Below are positions 8,282-18,766 of a DNA stretch of 24,000 nucleotides, in pieces; the first letter of the stretch is position 1; each line of letters starts with the position of its first letter. The position numbers and the translations under genes were made by a program. Under the pieces are notes generated by a model. It made no database searches. It saw only the letters and a program-made list of their open reading frames with translations, and was not told the origin of the DNA. Location: positions 13,340-37,339 of the forward strand of contig CAMCUA010000002.1 in the NCBI GenBank assembly GCA_945878455.1, given 5' to 3'. The stretch comes from Asaia bogorensis. Its GTDB lineage: Bacteria > Pseudomonadota > Alphaproteobacteria > Rhodospirillales > CAMCUA01.

Positions 8282-9313
8282 ATGAAAAACAACGTGGAAG
8301 GCGGAAGCCGCCCCGGCGATAGGGTCGAGGGTGTCCTTGACCTGAATCGCACCGTGCCGCCGGCGCCACTCGCACCGCCCCATGCTATCGTCGTTCGTGA
8401 GGATGCAGCTTGGCGTCTACCCGTGGCCTTGCTGCTGGCCCTGCTGCTGCATCTGGCCGTCCTTGTATCGATCAAGTACATCCATCGGGAGCCACCGCGG
8501 GTCGAGGCGTTCGAGGTTCAGATCGTCACCCTCGGCGACACCGGCGGCAAGCTCGTGGTCGGGCAGAAAGACGGCGCCGATGACCGCGAGACCTCGGCGA
8601 CCGAACCGGATCCGTCAAAGACGACCGCCGGAGAGCGGCCGCCGGAAGGCGAGCGCGCCAGCCAAAAGCCGCAGCCCGACGCACCTATCGTCGCCGCGCC
8701 AACCAAACCGCCCGTCGCCACGCCGAAGCCAAAACCGCCGGCACCCGCTGCAACCCAGCCGCCGCGTCCGGACCCTTCCAAAACAGTTGAAACGGCAGCC
8801 CCACCGCGCGCCGCCAATCCGCCCCTGCCCGATGACCTGCCGCCGCCGTCGGCCGCAGCGGTCAATCCACAACCGACGCCTCCGGAAGCCGGTCAGGAGG
8901 GACTCGCCGCCGACCCCGCCTTTGCATCGTTGCCCGCCCATGTCAGCTCCCGCCTCGGTGCTATCGGCGGTGGACCGGTTTGGCAGAAAGGTCCACCGCC
9001 GAAAGATGCGGGCCTGGTACCCTGGGGCTCTCCTTATTGGGCGAAATTGAAGACCTGGATAAAGGCGAACGGCAAATATCCACCTCAAGCCGTGCCACGG
9101 CGTTTGGAAGGCGTTGCCCTCATCGAATTCGTCATCGATCGTTCGGGTCGGGTTGTGACCTACCGGCTATTGAAAAGCAGTGACCACTATATCCTCGACT
9201 TCGAAGCGAAGCGGATGATCGAATGGTCCAATCCAGTGCCGCCCCTGCCACCCGAACTCCCAGGCCAATACAGGCGCATCATTGTCGATGTGATCTTCGA
9301 ACTTTATTCCTGA
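8282..9313 (+). CDS. TonB-family energy transducer with a long Pro-rich spacer
   Basis: It has a single TM helix (LPVALLLALLLHLAVLVSI), a spacer of roughly 150 aa rich in Pro, Lys, Ala and Thr (PKPKPPAPAATQPPRPDP), and a C-terminal TonB domain (PRRLEGVALIEFVIDRSGRVVTYRLLKSSDHYILDFEAKRMI). AAGGA lies about 10 nt upstream of the ATG. Confidence 0.8.
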   Translation: MKNNVEGGSRPGDRVEGVLDLNRTVPPAPLAPPHAIVVREDAAWRLPVALLLALLLHLAVLVSIKYIHREPPRVEAFEVQIVTLGDTGGKLVVGQKDGADDRETSATEPDPSKTTAGERPPEGERASQKPQPDAPIVAAPTKPPVATPKPKPPAPAATQPPRPDPSKTVETAAPPRAANPPLPDDLPPPSAAAVNPQPTPPEAGQEGLAADPAFASLPAHVSSRLGAIGGGPVWQKGPPPKDAGLVPWGSPYWAKLKTWIKANGKYPPQAVPRRLEGVALIEFVIDRSGRVVTYRLLKSSDHYILDFEAKRMIEWSNPVPPLPPELPGQYRRIIVDVIFELYS

Positions 9314-10149
9314 TCCGGGGCCGGATCGTATCGGTCGATTGGCTCGGGACGCGCCCGCCCTAACGCTTCGGCCAGTTCGCGGGCCAAGGCCACGGCATAC
9401 GGTTCCAATTGTTCGATCAGGGCGATTTCCCGTGCGATAGCATCCGGATGTCCCTGCTGGGCGGCGATGATCGACCAGGCCAGCGCCGCTACCTCGTCGC
9501 GCCCAATGCCCCGGCCGCGCGCATAGCTCTCCGCCAAGTGATCCTGCGCTTTGGCGTAACCCTGTTCGGCGGCCAACCGCCACCACCGGTTTGCCTCCAC
9601 CGCATCGGCGGGCACACCATGACCGTCGCGATACATTTTGTACTGGGCCTGCATCAGGCCAGCCTCGCCGGCGCGCCGGATCAGCGCGAAGCCACGCGCC
9701 GCATCGGGTTCGACACCGACCCCATCGGCATACATCTTGCCCAGGGTATACTGCGAGCGAACAAAGCCACCATCCGCCGCTTGTTGCAACCAATAGCGGG
9801 CCAGCGCGAAGCCATCGGCGGTGAGGTCGTCCTCGCCCAGCTCGGCGTGCAGCAGGCCCAGGTTATGGCGCGCTTCCACCAACCCCGACTCAGCCGCCGC
9901 TGTCCACCAGCGCAGCGCCGCCGGTACATCACGGCCGACCCCCAGCCCCGAGTCATAGATGACGCCCAGATTGTACTGAGCCAAGGGATGGCCGTCCGTG
10001 GCAAGCGGCACCCATTCGGCAATGGCCGCGGTGAACCGGCCCTGCTGAAAAGCGGTCCAACCGGCATCGAAATCGGAAGCGGCGACGGCATGGGACAGCA
10101 AGGATGCAACCGCCGCCGCACCCACCCATCGCCAACTGCGCCTTTTCAT
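9304..10149 (-). CDS. Secreted Sel1-like repeat (SLR/TPR-family) protein
   Basis: The signal peptide is MKRRSWRWVGAAAVASLLSHAVAA. Repeated SLR units are present (AQYNLGVIYDSGLGVGRDVPAALRWW, ARHNLGLLH, SQYTLGKMYADGVGVEPDAARGFALIRRAGEAG, AQDHLAESYARGRGIGRDEVAALAW). ATG 10149 overlaps the rhomboid stop (ATGA). The 346-aa ORF-track version extends into the rhomboid gene and is not supported. Confidence 0.8.
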   Translation of the reverse strand: MKRRSWRWVGAAAVASLLSHAVAASDFDAGWTAFQQGRFTAAIAEWVPLATDGHPLAQYNLGVIYDSGLGVGRDVPAALRWWTAAAESGLVEARHNLGLLHAELGEDDLTADGFALARYWLQQAADGGFVRSQYTLGKMYADGVGVEPDAARGFALIRRAGEAGLMQAQYKMYRDGHGVPADAVEANRWWRLAAEQGYAKAQDHLAESYARGRGIGRDEVAALAWSIIAAQQGHPDAIAREIALIEQLEPYAVALARELAEALGRARPEPIDRYDPAPDQE

Positions 10150-10955
10150 TCCCATGGCCCCCTGCGTCCCATCCTGCCCCCCGAGTCGGGAATGCGGCTG
10201 CCGCCCGAACGAGGATAGCGCGGCAGTCGTTCGAAATGCGCCGCAGAATTCCCTGGCTGGGCCGGGTGCAACAGCCCAACGCCGCGACGGCGCAGGAACA
10301 GGATCAGGATGGCGCCGGCAACGAAGCCGCCGATATGCGCCCAATAGGCGACGCCACCCTGTCCGCTATCCGCTGGCGCTGTCATTGCCTGTTCCACGAA
10401 CTGCAGGATGAACCAAAATCCGAGCACGGCCATGGCCGGAATACGTACCAATTGGGTAAAGAATCCGAGTGGGATCAGCACCAGAACCTGGGCTCGCGGA
10501 TAGAGCAATAGGTAGGCACCGAGAACGCCGGCAATGGCACCGCTGGCGCCGATCATGGGCACCGCCGACGAGGGATCAGCATAGCCCTGTGCCAGGGCCG
10601 CCGCCAGGCCGCAAGCCAGATAAAACGCCACGAAGCGGACGCGGCCAAGAGCATCCTCGATGTTATTGCCGAGTATCCACAGGCACAACATGTTGCCGAT
10701 CAGATGCATCCAACCGCCGTGAAGAAACATCGACGTCAACAAGGTTAACGCCGCTGGAAGGCCCGCTGCCCTGACCGGCACCCCCGCATCGCCCAGCAAC
10801 CTAACCGGAATGAAGCCGAACCCCATGACGAAACGCTGCCCTGCTTGCCCCGTTAGTGTCACCTGATACAGGAAGACCAGAACGCAAGCGACCATGATGC
10901 TCAAGGTGATGTAGGGCCGCAATTCCGTCGGATTGTCGTCGCGCAGGGGGATCAT
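10146..10955 (-). CDS. Rhomboid-family intramembrane serine protease
   Basis: Motifs are HGGWMHLIGNM, the catalytic GASGAIAG (GxSG) and AHIGGFVAG (His). It has a multi-TM architecture and a basic C-terminal tail. Confidence 0.9.
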   Translation of the reverse strand: MIPLRDDNPTELRPYITLSIMVACVLVFLYQVTLTGQAGQRFVMGFGFIPVRLLGDAGVPVRAAGLPAALTLLTSMFLHGGWMHLIGNMLCLWILGNNIEDALGRVRFVAFYLACGLAAALAQGYADPSSAVPMIGASGAIAGVLGAYLLLYPRAQVLVLIPLGFFTQLVRIPAMAVLGFWFILQFVEQAMTAPADSGQGGVAYWAHIGGFVAGAILILFLRRRGVGLLHPAQPGNSAAHFERLPRYPRSGGSRIPDSGGRMGRRGPWE

Positions 10956-11046
10956 GCGGGGGCCGGATTTGGGGAGCTCAGGAAAATTCGTTCCGCCACA
11001 TCATAGCACCCTTCCCCCGCCGGGGGTTTGCCGCTATCTCCCTTCA

Positions 11047-11862
11047 ATGTGTACCGTTGTTGTTCTGCGCCGTCCCGGACATGCTTGGCCGTTGGTGCTC
11101 GCCGCCAACCGCGACGAGCGTCTTGACCGGCCGTGGGAAGTGCCGGGGCGGCATTGGCCCGAACGCCAGCACATCGTTGCCGGCCGCGATGTCCTGGCCG
11201 GTGGCACGTGGCTTGGCATGAACGACTATGGCGTCGTCGTCGCCATCCTCAACCGTCCCTCTTCCCTGGGGCCAAGCCCCCATCACCGCTCGCGCGGCGA
11301 ACTGCCGCTGGAAGCACTGGAGCATGCCGAGGCGGCGACGGCCGCGGAAGCTCTGGCCAACCTGGAAACCCACAGTTACCGCACGTTCAACATGGTGATC
11401 GCCGATGCACATCGCGCCTATTGGCTGCGTTCGGCCGGCGGCGAAGGGGATCGACCGGACGGTGCGCCGGTCGACGTTAGCGAAATTCCGGCCGGCGTTT
11501 CCATGGTGACCGCCCATGACCTGAACGACCGAAAATCGCCGCGCATTCGCTTTCATCTGCCGCGCTTCGCCGCAGCTCCGCCGCCGCAGCCGGACGATGG
11601 CGACTGGACGGCTTGGCGCGCCCTGTTGGCCAGCGAAGAGGGCGAAGTGGGGCAGAAAGAGGCCAGTCCGTCCGGTGCCATCAACGTCGCCCAACGGGGC
11701 GGCTTTGGAACCGTCTGTTCGTCCCTGATCGCCTTGCCAGGCCCTCGGCTGCCGATTCGGCGGCCCGTATGGCTCTTCGCCCCGGGGCGCCCGGACCGGA
11801 CACCCTTTGCCGAACTACCCCTCGGCCCGCCAATCAGGCACCATCAAGCCTCTGAATATTAG
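11047..11862 (+). CDS. NRDE-family (TANGO2/DUF833-like) protein
   Basis: It starts [30 protein letters not shown], giving Cys2 and the name-giving NRDE motif. The ORF-track start at 10933 overlaps the rhomboid start region and is unlikely. Confidence 0.8.
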   Translation: MCTVVVLRRPGHAWPLVLAANRDERLDRPWEVPGRHWPERQHIVAGRDVLAGGTWLGMNDYGVVVAILNRPSSLGPSPHHRSRGELPLEALEHAEAATAAEALANLETHSYRTFNMVIADAHRAYWLRSAGGEGDRPDGAPVDVSEIPAGVSMVTAHDLNDRKSPRIRFHLPRFAAAPPPQPDDGDWTAWRALLASEEGEVGQKEASPSGAINVAQRGGFGTVCSSLIALPGPRLPIRRPVWLFAPGRPDRTPFAELPLGPPIRHHQASEY

Positions 11863-12041
11863 GCCCTTTTCGCTATCGCCCCCGTCCACAAAACGGTCAT
11901 CCCGGCGGCGTTGTTTTGCCCCCCTCCCGCTGCTATATGAGGAAGCAAGAGCGGCACCAGAGTTCCGACGGCGCGCCCCGCGGCTGCGGAACGGGCCGCC
12001 CGTTCCATTTCCGGGCGTCGCCGCTCCGGGAGAATCAGCCG

Positions 12042-12806
12042 ATGACAAGACGCAGACGCATTTACGAGGGCAAGGCGAAGGTACTTTTCGAAGGCCCTGA
12101 GCCGGGAACGCTCGTCCAATATTTCAAGGACGACGCCACCGCCTTCAACAACAAAAAACACGGCATCATCACCGGCAAGGGGGTGCTGAATAACCGCATC
12201 TCCGAGTACCTGATGATGCGTTTGGCCGAAATCGGCGTGCCCACCCATTTCATGCGCCGGCTGAACATGCGCGAACAGCTGATTCGCGAAGTCGAAATCA
12301 TCCCTCTGGAAGTGGTTATCCGCAATATTGCGGCCGGTTCGCTGGCAACACGCTTCAACATGACCGAAGGCACGCCGCTGCCGCGTTCGATCATCGAGTA
12401 CTATTACAAGAACGATGAACTGAACGACCCGATGGTCACCGAAGAACACGTCACCGCCTTCGGTTGGGCGACGCCGCAGGACTTGGACGAGATCATGTCC
12501 ATGTCGCTGCGCATCAACGACTTCCTCTGCGGCCTGTTCCTGGGGGTCGGCATCCGACTGGTCGACTTCAAGATCGAATACGGCCGGTTGTGGGAAAACG
12601 ACCAGATGCGCCTAGTACTGGCCGACGAGATCAGCCCTGATTCCTGCCGCCTGTGGGATATCAAGACCAACGAGAAGATGGACAAGGACCGCTTCCGCCG
12701 CGATCTCGGCAATGTCGCCGAGGGCTATCAGGAAGTCGCCCGCCGGCTCGGCATCATGCCCGAAGGCGGACCGCGCGACCTCAAAGGCCCGGCGGTGATG
12801 CAGTGA
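12042..12806 (+). CDS. purC: Phosphoribosylaminoimidazole-succinocarboxamide (SAICAR) synthase
   Basis: [58 protein letters not shown]... is a full-length PurC-like sequence, and purS/Q/L follow it. The ORF-track start at 11916 is an upstream extension. Confidence 0.95.
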   Translation: MTRRRRIYEGKAKVLFEGPEPGTLVQYFKDDATAFNNKKHGIITGKGVLNNRISEYLMMRLAEIGVPTHFMRRLNMREQLIREVEIIPLEVVIRNIAAGSLATRFNMTEGTPLPRSIIEYYYKNDELNDPMVTEEHVTAFGWATPQDLDEIMSMSLRINDFLCGLFLGVGIRLVDFKIEYGRLWENDQMRLVLADEISPDSCRLWDIKTNEKMDKDRFRRDLGNVAEGYQEVARRLGIMPEGGPRDLKGPAVMQ

Positions 12807-12822
12807 GCCTGCGGAGAATGCC

Positions 12823-13065
12823 ATGAAGGCTCGCGTCCATGTCACGCTGAAGGACGGCGTCCTCGATCCCCAGGGCAAGGCCATCGCCCATGCCTTGGGC
12901 AGCCTGGGATTCCAGGGTGTCGGCGACGTCCGCCAGGGCAAGGTGATCGAGATCGAATTGGCCGAGACCGACCCGGAACGTGGCCGCGAGGCGGTCGACG
13001 CCATGTGCCGCAAGCTTCTCGCCAACACCGTCATCGAACGCTACGAGATTCAGATCGACCGGTGA
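12823..13065 (+). CDS. purS: Phosphoribosylformylglycinamidine synthase subunit PurS
   Basis: The 80-aa product (MKARVHVTLKDGVLDPQGKAIAHALGSLGF) is PurS-like. It sits between purC and purQ, and GGAGA precedes the ATG. Confidence 0.9.
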   Translation: MKARVHVTLKDGVLDPQGKAIAHALGSLGFQGVGDVRQGKVIEIELAETDPERGREAVDAMCRKLLANTVIERYEIQIDR

Positions 13066-13119
13066 GCAGCGTCCGCTTTCCCTACCCGCCCTTACTCACG
13101 AAGAAACGCCGATAGTCCG

Positions 13120-13808
13120 ATGCGCGCCGCCGTTATCGTTTTCCCAGGATCGAACTGCGACCGCGATGTGGCGGTGGCGCTGCAAGCCGCCGTCGGTCGC
13201 CCACCGGCAATGATCTGGCATAAGGACACCGATCTGCCACCGCTCGACCTGATCGTCGTTCCAGGCGGCTTCAGTTTCGGCGACTACCTGCGCTCCGGCG
13301 CTATGGCGGCCCGTTCGCCGGTAATGGCCGCCGTGGCGGCGCGCGCCGCGTCCGGCGTTCCCGTACTCGGCATCTGCAATGGTTTCCAAGTCTTGACCGA
13401 AGCCGGCTTGCTGCCCGGCGCCCTGATGCGCAACGCCAGCCTGCGCTTTGTCTGCCAGGACGTTTTTCTGCGCGTCGAGACCGCCGACAGTCCATTCACC
13501 CGCGACTACGGAAAGGGACAGATCGTGCGCTTCCCCATTGCCCACCACGACGGCAATTACGTCGCCGACGATGCGACCGTCGCCCGGCTGGAGGATGAGG
13601 GCCGGGTCGCGTTCCGTTATGTCGATGCGGCCGGCAAGGCGACCGCTGGGGCCAACCCGAACGGTAGCCGCAACAATATCGCCGGCATTCTTAGTGAATC
13701 GCGCACCGTCCTCGGCCTGATGCCGCATCCGGAACGGCTGGCTGACCTTGTTCTTGGCGGCATCGACGGCCAGGCGATGTTCCACGCACTTGCCACCCTC
13801 GCCCCAGC

Positions 13809-13812
<4 letters not shown>
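13120..13812 (+). CDS. purQ: Phosphoribosylformylglycinamidine synthase glutamine amidotransferase subunit PurQ
   Basis: It has [16 protein letters not shown], the catalytic Cys in GICNGFQ, and His/Glu in MPHPER. Its stop overlaps the purL ATG (ATGA at 13809-13812). Confidence 0.95.
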
Positions 13813-16037
<2,225 letters not shown>

Positions 16038-16144
16038 AGGGTCACCCCTTTCTAGGGGGTTTGAGCGGCAGGAAGGTTTGCTAAGATAGGCTTACGGATC
16101 GGCTGATCGGTCAATCCGTGGACCCGGCATTCGGAGCCCTGCCC

Positions 16145-17029
16145 ATGACCACCGCCAAAACAACCCACTATTCCCGTCTGTCACCCCAACTGGGCGCCGA
16201 AGTCACCGGCATCGATCTGTCCCGACCTGTCGGCGACAACGCATTCAGGGACTTGTATCAGGCCTGGCTCGACCATCATGGCCTTTTGGTGGTGCGCGGC
16301 CAGAAGCTCGATCCCGATGCCCATGTCGCGCTTGGTCGCCGCTTCGGTCCGCTGTTCGGCGAGGCCGATCATTTTCAGGACTCGGTGAAGCCCTTCTTGC
16401 TGCCCGGCAATCCCGCGGTCTACCGCGTCTCGAACAAGGTCAAGGATGGTGTCCCACAGGGCCGCGCGCGGGCCGGCAGTTTCTGGCATTCCGATGTCTG
16501 CTTCCGGCGCAACCCGGCACAGGCCTCGTTGCTTCACGCCATCGAAATACCGCCGGCCGGCGGCGACACCATGTTCGCCGACATGCATCAGGCCTACGAG
16601 ACCCTATCGGATTCCATGAAGGCGCTTATCGAAAATCTGGACGCCGTGCACGACTTCGCTGTCGCCGCCCACGGCAGCGGCACGTACCGAGCGGACCAAT
16701 TGGCCGCCCATGACTTCAACGGCCGAAACCAATGCGCCCACCCCGTCGTTATCCGCCACCCGGAAACGGGACGCAAAGCCCTCTACGTCAATCCCGGCCA
16801 TACCGCCGGCTTGGTCGGATTTGCCGAGGAGGAAAGCCGGGCCATTCTCGGATTTCTCTATGCCCATGCTACCCAGCCTGAGTTCATCTATCGGCACCGC
16901 TGGGCACCGGGCGACCTGGTGATCTGGGACAACCGCTCGCTGATGCATCACGCCGTGGTCGACTACGAAGGCACGGGCGAACGCTACATGCACCGGGTAA
17001 CAGTGGTTGCCGACCAGCCGTCGCGCTGA
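16145..17029 (+). CDS. TauD/TfdA-family Fe(II)/2-oxoglutarate-dependent dioxygenase
   Basis: It has the HxD facial-triad motif in FWHSDVCF, a distal His in RYMHRVTV, and WDNRSLMHHA. I prefer ATG 16145 (MTTAKTTHY) over GTG 16118. Confidence 0.85.
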   Translation: MTTAKTTHYSRLSPQLGAEVTGIDLSRPVGDNAFRDLYQAWLDHHGLLVVRGQKLDPDAHVALGRRFGPLFGEADHFQDSVKPFLLPGNPAVYRVSNKVKDGVPQGRARAGSFWHSDVCFRRNPAQASLLHAIEIPPAGGDTMFADMHQAYETLSDSMKALIENLDAVHDFAVAAHGSGTYRADQLAAHDFNGRNQCAHPVVIRHPETGRKALYVNPGHTAGLVGFAEEESRAILGFLYAHATQPEFIYRHRWAPGDLVIWDNRSLMHHAVVDYEGTGERYMHRVTVVADQPSR

Positions 17030-17041
17030 ATTGCACAAGCG

Positions 17042-17068
17042 AAAGGCCCGCGCTTGGCGCGGGCCTTT
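17042..17068. terminator. Bidirectional hairpin terminator between the convergent dioxygenase gene and rpsD
   Basis: A perfect 12-bp stem pairs AAAGGCCCGCGC (17042-17053) with GCGCGGGCCTTT (17057-17068) around a 3-nt loop. A/T runs on both sides give a U-tract on either strand. Confidence 0.6.
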
Positions 17069-17095
17069 GCCGGACGATTTAAATCGGAAGGTAGA

Positions 17096-17710
17096 TCAGC
17101 GCGAATAGAACTCGACCACCAGGTTGGGTTCCATCTGCACTGGATAGGGTACGTCTTCCAGCTTCGGCGCGCGCAGGAACGTGCCGGTCATCTTGTTATG
17201 ATCGACCTGGACATAATCGGGCACATCGCGTTCCGAGGAGTCGGAAGCTTCCAACACCACCGCCATCTGTCGCGACTTCTCCTTGACCTCGATCACGTCG
17301 CCGTCGCTGACCAGGTAAGACGGAATATTCACCCGCTTGCCGTTGACCTTGACGTGGCCATGGTTGACGAACTGACGGGCGGCGAACACGGTCGACACGA
17401 ACTTCATGCGATAGACCACGGCATCGAGGCGGCGTTCCAGAATGCCGACCAGATTTTCCGAGGTATCGCCCTTGCGGCGCACCGCCTCGGCGTAATAGCG
17501 GCGGAACTGGCGTTCGGAAATATTGCCGTAATAGCCCTTCAGCTTCTGCTTGGCGTTCAGCTGCGTGCCGAAGTCCGAGGTCTTACGGCGGCGCTGGCCG
17601 TGAATGCCGGGGCGATAGTCGCGGACGTTGATCGGGCTCTTCGGGCGCCCCCATAGATTGACGCCCAAACGACGGTTGATCTTGTACTTAGACTGGATGC
17701 GCTTTGTCAT
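17096..17710 (-). CDS. rpsD: 30S ribosomal protein S4
   Basis: [26 protein letters not shown]...[42 protein letters not shown]... is a full-length S4-like sequence. AAAGGAGAGG precedes ATG 17710. The ORF-track start at 17806 is an extension. Confidence 0.95.
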   Translation of the reverse strand: MTKRIQSKYKINRRLGVNLWGRPKSPINVRDYRPGIHGQRRRKTSDFGTQLNAKQKLKGYYGNISERQFRRYYAEAVRRKGDTSENLVGILERRLDAVVYRMKFVSTVFAARQFVNHGHVKVNGKRVNIPSYLVSDGDVIEVKEKSRQMAVVLEASDSSERDVPDYVQVDHNKMTGTFLRAPKLEDVPYPVQMEPNLVVEFYSR

Positions 17711-17836
17711 GCGGCGCGGTCCTCTCCTTTGCGGGGTGTTATTCTGTTCAGATGATTGTTGTCCCGGTAGGCCGGCATCGACGGTACGATGCGCGACGGG
17801 ATGCAAGCATCCACGTTCCCGGGAATAAGGCGGCGC

Positions 17837-17864
17837 AGTATACGCAGCCGTCCCGCCCTGTCAA
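17837..17864 (-). promoter_or_regulatory. Candidate sigma-70-type promoter of rpsD
   Basis: On the minus strand, TTGACA (17864-17859), a 16-nt spacer and TATACT (17842-17837) lie about 127 nt upstream of the rpsD ATG. This is sequence match only. Confidence 0.4.
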
Positions 17865-17880
17865 ACCCCGCCACCCCGCT

Positions 17881-18459
17881 TCAGGAGGCTTCCAGTTCCG
17901 TATCCCAGTACAGAAAGTCGCGCCAGCTTTCGTGCAGGTAGTTAGGCGGAAAGCCGCGGCCGTTTTCACGCAATTGGTGATTGGTCGGCCGGTAGGGCCG
18001 GCGTTGCAGGAATACCCCGGCGTGCTGCGGCAATCGATTACCCTTCAACAGATTGCAACTTTCGCAGGCGGTCACGACGTTTTCCCATGTCGTTGTGCCG
18101 CCACGGGAACGGGGCACCACGTGATCGAAGGTCAGCAGTTCCGACGGCAGCGAGACGTCGCAGTACTGACAAGAGAAACGGTCGCGCAGGAAGACGTTGA
18201 ACCGGGTGAAGGCCGGGCTGCGGCCGAGCGGCACGTATTCCTTGAGCGAAATGACGCTGGGCAGACGCATCTGCCAGCTTGGCGAATGGATGACCCGTTC
18301 GTATTCCGAAACGACGTTGACCCGATCGAGGAACACTGCCTTCACCGTTTCCTGCCAGGACCACAAGGACAGGGGGAAGTAGCTGAGCGGCCGAAAATCG
18401 GCGTTCAGCGCCAGCGCCGGAAACCGCTCAAGCCCTGCTATAGTGGCAGTGGTCGTCAT
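17881..18459 (-). CDS. HNH endonuclease-domain protein (small conserved alphaproteobacterial type)
   Basis: Zn/HNH motifs are CQYC...FDHVVPRSRGGTTTWENVVTACESCNLLKG. The start is at ATG 18459 (MTTTATIAGLERFPALALNADFRPLSYFPLSLWSWQ), preceded by AAGAGG. The ORF-track start at 18609 is an extension. Confidence 0.85.
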   Translation of the reverse strand: MTTTATIAGLERFPALALNADFRPLSYFPLSLWSWQETVKAVFLDRVNVVSEYERVIHSPSWQMRLPSVISLKEYVPLGRSPAFTRFNVFLRDRFSCQYCDVSLPSELLTFDHVVPRSRGGTTTWENVVTACESCNLLKGNRLPQHAGVFLQRRPYRPTNHQLRENGRGFPPNYLHESWRDFLYWDTELEAS

Positions 18460-18766
18460 AATTCGAACCTGCCTCTTAGGAAACGGTATGCCGTAGAATA
18501 CAACATGTTGTGATGCTGTCCAATTCGCCAGCAAGGACGACAAGCGGCAACCCCATGGCCCGCAGACCAACGTAAGGTCACATCCAAACGAAAAGAAGCC
18601 TGACATCAACGGCTTGGCAGGGGAACCACCCTGCGGACCCGGAGTGATGCGATTCGGTCATGGAAAATTCACTGAATTCAACGGATTGGCTCGCTGGCCC
18701 GGCCTCGCCTTGCTACACTCGCCGATCACAGCCAAGGGGCGCGGCAACGTCGCGCGGGAAGTCGCC

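Noticed and set aside
8530-8900. Repetitive Pro/Lys/Ala/Thr-coding stretch that looks like a tandem repeat
   Set aside because: It is the normal low-complexity proline-rich spacer of TonB. It shows no exact nucleotide periodicity.
11863-12041. A known purine or ZTP (pfl) riboswitch upstream of purC
   Set aside because: I could not find the conserved cores I remember for these classes, for example a CCGCCUGGGC-type 3' element for ZTP or the purine-riboswitch junction. I keep only the generic hairpin observation as a low-confidence finding.
17881-18459. The HNH gene as a homing endonuclease, a mobile element or part of a defence system
   Set aside because: It has no flanking repeats, no intein or intron context and no partner methylase, ATPase or helicase. 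The sequence matches, from memory, a small HNH protein conserved as a core gene across alphaproteobacteria. GC content and codon style match the neighbouring genes.
18455-18485. GGTTCGAATT on the minus strand, resembling a tRNA T-loop
   Set aside because: The flanking bases do not form a T-stem, acceptor stem or anticodon arm. The sequence is simply the RBS and start region of the HNH gene (AAGAGGCAGGTTCGAATTATG).
17704-18513. 269-aa plus-strand ORF antisense to the HNH gene. The 200-aa ORF at 17054..17656, antisense to rpsD, is a similar case.
   Set aside because: The opposite strands encode unmistakable HNH and S4 proteins. These ORFs have no motifs and a shadow-frame composition.
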